DNA of 64,000 nt, taken from assembly GCA_034780895.1 (NCBI GenBank), contig JAUZTB010000064.1, forward strand, positions 86,298,991 to 86,362,990, given 5' to 3'. Source of the DNA: Rhynchobatus australiae (lineage: Eukaryota). The notes under the pieces are model-generated. The model did not search any database. It worked only from the letters and a program-made list of their open reading frames with translations, and was not told the DNA's origin. The position numbers and the translations under genes are program-made. Below are positions 11,801-22,750 of the stretch, in pieces. Every line of letters starts with the position of its first letter. Within the stretch, counting starts at the first letter, position 1.

Positions 11801-13729
11801 GGACAAATATATCACCATAAATGATGATAATAGACTTCATGGCAGATGACTCTGCATGAGCAGAAATTGGCCAACCAAAGCAATATCTAGAGAAAAATGT
11901 GAGATGATATACAACTGAAAGAGGGAGCAAAATGTCACAGCTTCATCCTGAGCCTAAAATCAAGTAATGAGCAACCCAATGCCCCATAATCTACCATGAT
12001 TTTTTGGAAACAAATAATCAATATTTTTCAAAATCGTCTGCAGCATGAAGGAAAAAAAATAACCCCAGAAACAATGAAGAAATGGGGCATATGGAATGGC
12101 AAGACATGGGGTATAATTTCTACCCAAAGGTGGGCTGACCTGATTGCTAGAGGAACAAGGTAATGAACAAATAACCGTACCACAAGTGGGATATAAATTG
12201 TATCCCAGAGACCCTTCATCATTTCCTCTCTTAATACCTCTCTCTAGCTTCTAAAATTGAAATTTTGAAGACTTTTGCTAATTGGCATGACCCAACTGTG
12301 TTATTCAGCCCCAGTAAAACCACTGCTCACTAATCAGTGGTACCAGAGGGAATAATAATGGACACATTATTTGACATTATCTCCAAAAATCCACAGTGGT
12401 GCATCGCGGCCTGAGACGCTTCCCTGGGAACTTCACTACTGACCCCATCCATGTCTGGGGCTCCAAGGGAACTTTCATTGATTAACATATCTGTACCGAA
12501 TATATGTCACAGGACACCACCTCGGATACTTGGCTACTAAAATGATCAGAAAATGAAATAGAGGTGAACTGGACTAGATTGGGAAATGGGAGGGGTGAAG
12601 GAAGGGGATGTCCCCATGACAGTTAAATCACTTTGATATTCTTTCCACAGACTCTAACATGACAGCAATACCACCTAATTTGTAATTTGACGCAATGTTG
12701 TGCAAGATGAAATAGAAAGCCAATTTTCATTAGAGGTAATAATTGTTAGTTTAAATGCTGNNNNNNNNNNNNNNNNNNNNNNAGTGTCAATTTCAATAAT
12801 GTTTCTTAGCCCTTTATCTTTAAATACTTTTCTCTATCTGCTCTCAGGAACTGGCAATGCTTACCTCCGGGCACTGAGAAACAGTGTACAGCAGTAACAA
12901 ACCCGATGAACGGAAGTTCACTTAACAACCATGTATCGATAAGCTTAGTGTTTCCAAGGAGCTTTGCAAGACTGAACTTGCCAAAGGCACAATAATTGGC
13001 ATTATGAATAAAATGAGTTTTATGGATCAGAGCCATGGCATTAAGCAAGCACTTCCCCAGAGCATTGATTAGGCAACTGTTTCCTTGAGGACCCAGCTCC
13101 CTCTTTGCCTATATTGAAGATAAAATCAAGGAGCATCAGGTGATGATTCTTCATTAAAAAGTAACTAAATTGCCAAAATGCAGGAGTACAGAAAAAAATG
13201 AATGTTAAAGCCTAAAATGCAGGAGTACTATTTGTTCTTCCACCTTACTTACCATTCCATTACAATCCTCTTTCCCTACCAATACTCCACTTCCTGATCC
13301 AAGAATTTCTCAAGATATCTTCATGACTTTTCTTCCCCCAGCATATGTATAGGGCAACCACCAGAAGGTGTATGGCAGGCTTGCCTTCATCTGTTGGGGC
13401 AATGAGTGGAAAAGTTCAGAAGTCATGTTGTAGCTGTATAAAACTTTGGTTAGGCCACATTTGGTGTGCACTTCTGGTCACTACATTGTAGGAAGGACAT
13501 GGAGGCTTTGGAGAGGTTGCAGAAGGGGCTCACCAGGATGTTACCTGGATTAGAGAGTATGAGCAATAAGGAAAGGTTGGATAAATTTGGTTTATTTTCT
13601 CTGGAGTATACAAGGCTGAGGGGTGACTTGATGGAAGTATATGATAGGTGCAGATAGGATAGATAATNNNNNNNNNNNNNNNNNNNNNNNNNNNNNNNNN
13701 NNNNNNNNNNNNNNNNNNNNNNNNNNNNN

Positions 13730-13832
13730 AAGTGTGGCGACACTTGCGGGCTGCCCCCAGAACACTCTACACAAAAGACGTATTTCACTGTGTGTTTCAA
13801 TGTATATGTGACTAATAAAGATATCTTATCCT
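13730..13832 (+). mobile_element. V-SINE 3' part
   Basis: Closely matches the 3' part of the complete copy at 45039-45334, including the tail 'gtgactaataaagatatcttatc'. Confidence 0.85.
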
Positions 13833-13870
13833 TGCAGACAGGTCAAATTCCAGGGGCATAGATTTGAAGT

Positions 13871-13940
13871 AGAACATAGAACATAGAACAAAGAAAAACT
13901 ACGGCACAATTCAGGCCCTTCGGCCCACAAAGCTGTGCCG
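13871..13940 (-). mobile_element. Isolated CR1 3' tail
   Basis: 'agaacatagaacatagaaca...caggcccttcggcccacaa' is the reverse complement of the CR1 tail seen at 5650-5700. Confidence 0.75.
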
Positions 13941-14679
13941 AGTAATTGATGGAAAGATTAGAAGAAAGGTGAGGAGAGATTTTTCACCTTGAAGGTGATA
14001 GGAGTTTGGAACACCAGCTGAAACAATGGTGGAGACAAAACATTTGAAAATAATTGGATGATTACATGAAGAGTCATGACCTGCAGGGCTACGCAGCTAT
14101 GCTGAATAGCTATTTTATAATCAGCGCAGATATGATGACCAAAATGGTCTTTGTTATCATAAAATTTATATGTTTCCATGATTAAATAAATCTACAATAT
14201 TGATGAGAAAAGAGGAGGTGTTGGGGGAGGGGGATGGGAAAATAAACTGCTAGAATTTTCACTCTATTAAAATCTTACAGGATGCAGATGAAGCCCCAGC
14301 GAGACACTTCTGTCAGACCATAAGGACATTCAAATTATATTTATGCCACTTACTGCAAAAACACAATATATACTATGATTGTTATATAAATACTACAAGG
14401 TTTCAACTCATGAACTACACAATTTCCAATCAGTAAGTACTATGATTTATTCTACATTGGTTATGATTATCTATTCAGATGCTTTTTTTCCTCTCTTCTG
14501 GTGACAATATACTTCATGGAAGGTCAGGACAACATACAAGCCCTTCAGTTCCACTGAAGGCATGTGCTCAGAAGCCACTGCAGAAGTGAGCAATCACTGC
14601 AAAAGTGAGCAATTAGCTCCAAGTCTATTTGGAGACATGTTTCTAGTTGTATGTACTGTATATTGGGACAGAATAAGCA

Positions 14680-15118
14680 AAGTTAAAGTCAAGTTTATTG
14701 TCATATGCACAAGTACAGGTCTGCAAAGGTGTATGAAAAACTGACTTGCAACAGCATCACAGGCATATAAGCAGCATTTACAAGAAAAACATAAATTAAA
14801 CATACATTGTACACAAATTTTACAAGAAAGAACACAATTAAAACCAAAAAATAACAAAGTCCCTTTTAGTGCAAAGTGATCAAAGTGTTCATAATATTAC
14901 TAAATTGTAGTGATTAGAGTTGTGCCGATTGGTTCAAGAAATGAATGGTTAAAGGGAAGTAGCTGTTCTTGAGGCTGGTGGTGTGGGACTTCAGGCTTCT
15001 GTATTTCCTGCCTGATGATAGATCCAAGAAGATGGCTTGGCCTGGATGGTGGGGATCTTTGATGATGGATGTTGCCCTTTTGAGGCAGCACTTCTTGTAG
15101 ATACTTCCAATGGTGTAG
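14680..15118 (-). mobile_element. Rex1/Babar-like LINE 3' end
   Basis: The minus strand reads like the RT C-terminus of the copies at 17506-18470 and 52005-52668 (IIKDPHHPG-like, RxxNSYFP), followed by a 'gacaataaac' tail. Confidence 0.7.
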
Positions 15119-17505
15119 AGAATATCAATTATTGCTTCAGAGGTGGAGCACTATCAAGATTCATGTTTCCGTTGTTTGAATTCAATGGAAATCCATATTC
15201 CTACAATCTATGGACTATTCCCCATATTAGGAAAGATCTTTCTCTCCTCATTCTCAAACTCCAAGTCTGGACATAGGGAAAATGTTGCTAGATTAAAAAA
15301 ATCCTCTAAAACCTGTAATCTCTCCATTTCCTTCACACTTTCTTATTTTAATAGCATAACTCTGCATTCTTCTTCCCTTCCTCCCAGAAATCCACTTATT
15401 CTGCCCCCAGTAAGTTGAGATCAAATCTAAGGCCCCTTGGGTTAACAAATTTCATCCAGGCTTAAAATGAATGGAAATCTATATTCCCACAATCAAAGGG
15501 TATTATTTGCATTAAAACAAAACCCTCTGAGCGATATACTCTGAAGTTAAAGGTGCTCTGGATAATAGAATGATTGTATTGTAAACTATGTATGAAGGGG
15601 TTGTTAAAAGTGGAGTTGCATTATGATTACAGCAGATGCTATCCACTGAATTCCACATTCATGCACTTTTACTTGAAAATTTCTGTCTAGATCTTCAAAT
15701 CAAGTCGAATCAAAATAGTGAATAATGAATTTTCTGTTCATATCTCAGAGTCTGTTTAAAGGAAGAAATGCCTTGCCCGTACTGACTAAAGAAACCAGTT
15801 AATGACTAGCCAGATTTATTTACGTTTTGCAAATGAAGATTTGTCAATTTAATTAATATTTTATTATATGTGTCTTTATATGGTGTCCCTCTGCTTCATC
15901 CAAACACACTGACATTTCTGATTTTATCAACACTTGGTAAATAGATTAAAATGATATAGGAGTGAAGAGGTGAAGCAGAAATGTGTTTCCATAAAATGCA
16001 ATTACCGCAGAGTGCAAGGAATAACCCCTTCATAAATGGCTGATTAAAACTCTGCTTTATACCGCCTCTCTGGGTGCTTTAAATTCTTATTTAATTAACT
16101 GATTATAAAAGCATTTTACTACCTTTGGAAGAAAAAATATAATTTTAAAACTTTTTGGTAAGTTTGAAAATCCAATAGTTTTTTCCTTCTTTTCAAACAC
16201 AATTTTACTTAAAAATAACTGAATTAAACCATGTCACCTAAAGTGAAGAAAACACATAATATCTATATTATTGATTTACTATAATACTTAATAACTGTTT
16301 GCTGTTACACAGCATGAAGCACCTTGAATATTTNNNNNNNNNNTGTCTGAATGAAAGATAGCAATGAATTGAATTTTTTTTCCTCTTTTACAGGTGCTAG
16401 ATTTGACAAGAATTAAAATGATCAAAAATATTCACACCTGTATTCTTATTAAGCAAATAATACACTAAGAAAATTTGTTTTGGTCCATGCCAACTTCTTC
16501 ACAAATAAACCACAACATACAATCATTAATATTGAAGGATCCAAATATGTTTGACAGAAATAGTAATCAAATATAAGAAAGGAAATTTTAAAACAGGCAG
16601 TAAGGTTTTATTTTACATACTTCTAATTTAAGCATTAAATTAATTCCCAATTTTTTTCAGAAGAATTATATTCAGTACTGGCAAATTCTTTATTTTTTTC
16701 TTGAAATTGGAATGCCATGCTTGGTNNNNNNNNNNNNNNNNNNNNNNNNNNNNNNNNNNNNNNNNNNNNNNNNNNNNNNNNNNNNNNNNNNNNNNNNNNN
16801 NNNNNNNNNNNNNNNNNNNNNNNNNNNNNNNNNNNNNNNNNNNNNNNNNNNNNNNNNNNNNNNNNNNNNNNNNNNNNNNNNNNNNNNNNNNNNNNNNNNN
16901 NNNNNNNNNNNNNNNNNNNNNNNNNNNNNNNNNNNNNNNNNNNNNNNNNNNNNNNNNNNNNNNNNNNNNNNNNNNNNNNNNNNNNNNNNNNNNNNNNNNN
17001 NNNNNNNNNNNNNNNNNNNNNNNNNNNNNNNNNNNNNNNNNNNNNNNNNNNNNNNNNNNNNNNNNNNNNNNNNNNNNNNNNNNNNNNNNNNNNNNNNNNN
17101 NNNNNNNNNNNNNNNNNNNNNNNNNNNNNNNNNNNNNNNNNNNNNNNNNNNNNNNNNNNNNNNNNNNNNNNNNNNNNNNNNNNNNNNNNNNNNNNNNNNN
17201 NNNNNNNNNNNNNNNNNNNNNNNNNNNNNNNNNNNNNNNNNNNNNNNNNNNNNNNNNNNNNNNNNNNNNNNNNNNNNNNNNNNNNNNNNNNNNNNNNNNN
17301 NNNNNNNNNNNNNNNNNNNNNNNNNNNNNNNNNNNNNNNNNNNNNNNNNNNNNNNNNNNNNNNNNNNNNNNNNNNNNNNNNNNNNNNNNNNNNNNNNNNN
17401 NNNNNNNNNNNNNNNNNNNNNNNNNNNNNNNNNNNNNNNNNNNNNNNNNNNNNNNNNNNNNNNNNNNNNNNNNNNNNNNNNNNNNNNNNNNNNNNNNNNN
17501 NNNNN

Positions 17506-18470
17506 ACACAGTGCATTGAGGTAGTACAAGGTAAAACAATACAGAATGCAGAGTAAAGTGTCACAGCTACAGAGAAAGTGCAATGACAAAAAGGTGCAAG
17601 GCCATAACGAGGTTGATTGTGAGGTCAATAGTCCATTTTATCAAACTAGGGAACCATTCAATAGTCTTATAACAGCGGGATAGAAGCTGTCCTTGAGCCC
17701 GGTGCTACCTGCTTTCAGGCTTTTGTATCATCTGCCTTATGGGAGATGGGAGAAGAGAGAATGTCCTGGATAGGTGGGGTCTCTGATTATGCTGGTTGCT
17801 TTACTGAGGCAGTGAGCAGTATAGACAGAGTCCAGAGAAGGGAGGCTGCTTTCTGTGATGTGCCGAGCTGTGTCCACAATTCTGTGCAGCTTCTTGCAGT
17901 CCCAGGCACAGCAGTTGCCATACGAAGCTGTGATGCATCCAGATAGGATGCTTTCTATAGTGCATTGATAAACGTAGGTGAGAGTCTCAGGGGATATGCC
18001 AAATTTCTTTAGCCTCCTGAAGAAGTAGAGGTGCTGGTGACCTTTTTTGGCCATGGCATCTATGTGGTTGTACCAGGACAGGCTATTGATGATGTTCACT
18101 CCTTGGAACTTGAAGCTCTCAACCATCTCAACTTCAGCACTGTAGATGTAGACAAGTGCATGTGCACTGCCCCCTTCCTGAAGTCAATGACCAACTCTGT
18201 TGTTTTACTGACATTGAGGAAAAGGTTATTGTCATGACATCATGTCACTAAGCTCTTTATCTCCTTCCTGCACTCTGACTCATCTTTTTTTGAGATTCAG
18301 CCTGCTATGGTGGTATCATCTGCAAACTTGTAGGTGGTGTTAGAGCAGAATCTGGCCACACAGTCACTAGTATATAGGAAGTAGAGTAGGTAGGGCTGAG
18401 GATGCAGCCTTGTGGAGCACCACTACTGAGAATAATCATGCCGGAGGTGTTGCTGCCTATCCTTACTAAT
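17506..18470 (-). mobile_element. Rex1/Babar-like LINE, RT C-terminal ~1 kb and 3'UTR
   Basis: ORF 17737-18126 reads VESFKF.GV.I.NSLSW.NHI...KK.HQHLYFFRRLKKFG.SPETL...YQCTIESILSGCITA.YGN. Upstream on the minus strand: GAPQGCILSP (~18395-18420) and KFADDTTI (~18305-18330). Confidence 0.85.
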
Positions 18471-18639
18471 TGCATTCACAGAGGAGGAGAGGCATTAACA
18501 ATAAAGAATCAAATAATAATATAGAAATCTGATAGATTTTAAGATAAAGTTCAAAACCAAGTCTGATTAAAACAATAGATCTTGAATGCTTTGAACCATT
18601 CAAAGTCTCTGGAAGTCAGCATCAAACATTTAATACTAC

Positions 18640-18855
18640 ATAACAAAAATCAAAAACCTGAGAAGCTGGAAATCTGCAATAAAAACAGGAATTTCTGGAA
18701 AATCTCTGAATTTCAAGCGGCATCTAGGGAAAGAGAAACAGTTTACAGATTATACTATTTTTGTTCTGATGAAGGGTCCCAGACCTAAAACTAACATTTC
18801 CTCTTTCCACAGTTGCTGTCTGAGCTGATGAAGTTTCCCACATTTTCTGTTTCCA
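18640..18855. mobile_element. Inverted pair of Penelope-like pLTR segments; right arm carries a hammerhead core
   Basis: Left arm 'gctggaaatctgcaataaaaacaggaatttctggaaa...gcatctagggaaagagaaacag' is minus-oriented. Right arm reads tgtt-CTGATGA-a-gggtc(cca)gacct-AAAAC-t-aaca (18762-18796), then the pLTR body. Confidence 0.7.
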
Positions 18856-21799
18856 TGCTATTTATTTACCTGCATTGAAAGTTACAGCAAAGACTAATGG
18901 TGAGTGAGGTTGGGACTTCTCTCTGTATACTGTCATTTAAACAGGTAAATGCTTGATTGGACCGTGTCACTTTTGACCAACAATGTGTGTTGTAGGATTA
19001 CAGGAATTTACTACATTTGCATGGCCCTGCCCTTTTGGTTTCACATTTCAACAGTAATAAGAGCAAATACAGGTGTGCTGCCTTGAATGAGAAATTGCAT
19101 CCTAAATGGATCTCTATCAAACAAATGTGATGCTGAGCAACATAAAGAGGTCAAGGACAAAGGTTACAAGGAACATCTTAAAAGAGTTGATGGACAGGCA
19201 AAGTACTTAAGTGCTTAACATCTAGGTAGCCAAGTCATGGCCATGACTGGGGATGGAAATGGAGGTTAAGAAGAAGGACAGGACTAGAGGAGTGCAGAGA
19301 TCTTGTGAAGCTGTAGGAGTGGAGGATTTTTTAGAGCCAAAGAAGTGTGAGGCATGGATTGATTTGAGTTCTAGGCCAAGAATGTTCAATTCAAGGTGTT
19401 GCAAGGTAAATGACAAACTAGGTCAGAAACACAGGGGATGGGGTGAATGATATGATGTGAGGAAGGATACAAGTCATGGATAAATTTTAAGAATTTATCT
19501 CCTTGTGGTTGTATCTGGTACTCTATTTGTTTACCATGGTGTCTTGCCAAAGTGAAGATAATTAATGTGACAAAACATTGCCAAACATCCCTGAAATCTT
19601 CTTCCATAATTCCAGCTTCCTCATCAATGAAGCTACATGATTATAAATCTGCTCTTCAATTGGCTTTACCTATTTTCCCAGATTAAAACCTAATGCCAAC
19701 CAAAATCTGTTGGGAATCAGGAGCAGGTGGGTAATTCCCCTACCCAATCTTTAGCCTTCTTTGAGGATTTGTGGAGCAGTAAAAAACATTAGGAATATTA
19801 GAAAAATGTTAATAACCACTCTCACTCTGCATATGTTTTCCACACTTAGCCCTGATCCCTCACTGCATGCATCTATTGGCAAAATCTTAACTGTTTCTAA
19901 TGTATTTCATGGAAAAAAATATCCTTGCAATATTTAATTCTGTCTGATTTTATAGGACTGCGAATATATTTTGTGATCTAACAGAATCAGTCAAATATTG
20001 TGTGGCGAAAGCTACTTATTCATAATCTATGTTAGTTGTAAATGCTGTGTATGCAGTCTATTACTAACATGTCATTTCACATCCCCTTGGCTCCCTGGTT
20101 CAAGGATCAACATTTTAATTAATTGCAGTACACAGACAGTCTAATTCTTTATTTAGAACTGTGGCATTGTCTGAATTATTGGCCAGATTTTTTTGGATTT
20201 CATGTAAAAATTATATTTTTCACCACCGATATTTTTATGCCTAAGTTTCGGAAACTCCAGTGCAAAGGCAAATGTTCTGTATTTAATGACCGATCTTGTC
20301 AGCCATTCCAGCTGTGCCTTGCCCCTGGATTCCCCAAGGAGGAGGCTCTTGACCTAGTTGAAGAAATTAGGTGCTAAACTCACTGAACCCACATTGCCAG
20401 AGGAAAGTCACACTTAAAAGAAATGTGGGCAAAAGTTAAAAACTTCTCTTTGACTCTTTTTCTCATTGAGCAGTCTGCCCTGCCTGGGGAGCTTTTCTCA
20501 AAAGGTGCTGCACAAGTCTGGCTTATGCACGTTAATGAGGTTTCCACTTCACTTTCGATGTGGAAATGAAGGTGGAAAGAGAGCAAGGCTGATGAAATTT
20601 CTAGCAATCTGATTTCAGTTCCATGGGCTTAATGTTAAGACAGAAACCTGAATTTACAATCACCAGAATTTTAAAAAAATGGCAGTAGGCTGCTGCAAAA
20701 CATAAAAAGATGGGTGGATTCAGACCAGAGAAAAAAAATCTTTGCAGTAAATGTCTAGTCCTAAAGAAAGACAACATTGAAGTTCACAGCTGACCCTTAT
20801 TTCATTATCAAAGTGATTGTGAATATAAACGCATAGTTGTCAGTCTCTCTCTAAGTTAATTTGACCCCCAAAATATTCAAATATCACCAGTTACTCTTTT
20901 GAGTAATTTTAAGAAGTAAACATCCTTCAGAAATATTTCTTGCAGGACCTGGGAATTACTTGACATATGCCTTTAGTTATATTTCTTCCTGCATGTTAAA
21001 GCTCAANNNNNNNNGTGTAATAACTTGCTAAAAGTCCAATCTGACGATGACATGAGAATGGGAGAAGATCTCAGAGTTCAAACACTGGTGAGAAAAATTG
21101 CACATCTCCTCTATTTAATTACATTTATAGTTTGAGAAAGAAACAATGGAAAAATGGAGAAAATAGACAAATTCAAATAATCTACAAAAAGAGAAATAAA
21201 AATGGAAAGAAGATTACAGTGCATGTGTGTGTATGTGTGTTTGTGAGTTCAAGAGAGAGAAAGAGAGAATGAGAAAGATAACTTTTTAGAAAATGAAACA
21301 CTAAATACTTGATCTGATTAAAATATCTAAGAAAGGTTTGTCACATGCAGATTGAGATTGAAAAGATCAAGGTATTCCATTTCCGGTCCAGAAAGACTGA
21401 TATGATATTCTATTTCGTAGCCAGAATGACTGACAGGCATTGAATTGATATTTGTATGTCATTAGACACTCTCAATTGCTGACCCTTACTCTTTGAAATG
21501 TTTAAGAGGCAACCAAAGTGAAAATCCAGTTGGTTCTGAAAATTGAAGAGAAGCTAAAGTGAGAAGTTAAGTCAGCTGAACTTACTGGCCAAATTGTGAA
21601 TGAATAGTTACTGTCGTAATAATTGACAGCATTCTATTAATTTGCTGACAAGATTCTGCCCGATCATTTGGAAAGTGTGTTCCTTCCATTACAGACGTAA
21701 CCTAGATCAATTACTTACAGGGTTTCTGCCATTAGTCTTTCCTCTGGGTTTTTTAAGTTTGGACATATAAAATTACTGAGAGTGCAAGATAATATAAAG

Positions 21800-22030
21800 A
21801 CATTGGCTAATGAAGTAGAAATGAAATGAGCAGAAAGTATTTTTCATAGTCAATTGCTATAACCTGAAAGTGTTAGAAGGAATTTTAACAATGACTTTCA
21901 AGAGGGAATTGGATAACCACAGGAATGCAAAAAAATCGCATGGCTATGGAGAAAGAACAGAGGAAGTAGACTAATTAGTCCAATGGGCTTAATGTCTTCC
22001 TTTGGTACTTTGATTCAATGATTCAATGCA
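21800..22030 (+). mobile_element. Degraded CR1 3' fragment
   Basis: 'actttcaagagggaattggataac...ggctatggagaaagaacag...aatgggcttaatgtcttcctttggtac' resembles the CR1 3' end. Confidence 0.6.
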
Positions 22031-22244
22031 GCCAAAAATGTTAACCAGATCTGAGGCAGATTTTTAATGCTAATATTTTCAGAGTTACAAGTCATAGAAT
22101 CAGAGTTATACGGCATGAAGACAGTCTATTCAGCCTACCAATAGACCCTTTAATATCTGTATGGATATCAAAAGCATCAAATCCATCAGAATTACAGTTT
22201 CAAATCTCACTTTTGAATAATGTACTTGAATGGGTATTTTTTTT

Positions 22245-22750
22245 TCTGAATGTTGGCATCATCAGTAAGACCAGCATATATTACCGATCACTAATTGCCC
22301 TTATATGTGGTGATGAGCTTTAAATTGGTGCTGTCCTCAAGTGTTGGTACTCCNNNNNNNNNNNNNNNNNNNNNNNNNNNNNNNNNNNNNNNNNNNNNNN
22401 NNNNNNNNNNNNNNNNNNNNNNNNNNNNNNNNNNNNNNNNNNNNNNNNNNNNNCCTCAAGTGTTGGTACTCCCACAGTGTTGGTGTTCCCATGCACCTAT
22501 TTCCCTTGTCCTTTTTGACGATAGAGGTTGTGAGTATGGGAGGCGCTGTTAGATCGACCTACAGTACATGAATAACTGCAGTGCCTTATGTAGATAGCAG
22601 ATGCTACAGCCAAAGTGCAATGTCTATGGCAGTGAATGGGGTGTCAATCAAGTGGGATGGTTTATCCTGGATGGTTTTGAAATTCTAGAGTGTTCCTGGA
22701 GCTGTAGTCATCCTAGCAAGTGAAGATTACTCCATCATGCTCTTGACTTC
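22245..22750 (-). mobile_element. L2-like LINE 3' portion (same family as 8490-8855)
   Basis: Begins with the reverse complement of the family terminus, 'gaatgttggcatcatcagtaagaccagcatatattaccgatcactaattgccctt', and continues into degraded RT C-terminal sequence. Confidence 0.6.

Larger units (their letters stand above)
13350..14180 (+). mobile_element. CR1 LINE 3' portion with nested SINE and CR1 tail
   Basis: LYKTLVRPH, FWS..RKDMEALERLQK..TRMLPGLE and RLRGDLMEVY; a degraded C-terminus and 3'UTR continue at 13940-14180. Confidence 0.85.

Noticed and set aside
16372-16470. Strong-looking splice acceptor tttttttcctctttttacag
   Set aside because: No convincing donor or coding frame follows; such sites occur by chance in AT-rich DNA.
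17517-17526. TGAGGTAGTA, the first 10 nt of let-7
   Set aside because: It lies within a LINE 3'UTR, the match stops at 10 nt, and there is no let-7 hairpin.
16635-17628. Long ORFs of 200-340 aa in the ORF track (also at 27.4-28.6, 58.7-59.6, 60.1-61.0 and 62.0-62.6 kb)
   Set aside because: They consist almost entirely of X from N-runs.
17737-18126. 129-aa ORF that may hit ALKBH8 N-terminal/DUF1891-like annotations
   Set aside because: It is the C-terminal region of a Rex1/Babar-like LINE RT present in several copies here, not a host gene.
21100-21740. Block resembling an old non-autonomous DNA-transposon-like repeat (similar impression at 19640-19900 and 49250-49900)
   Set aside because: I could not define TIRs, a TSD or coding motifs by eye.
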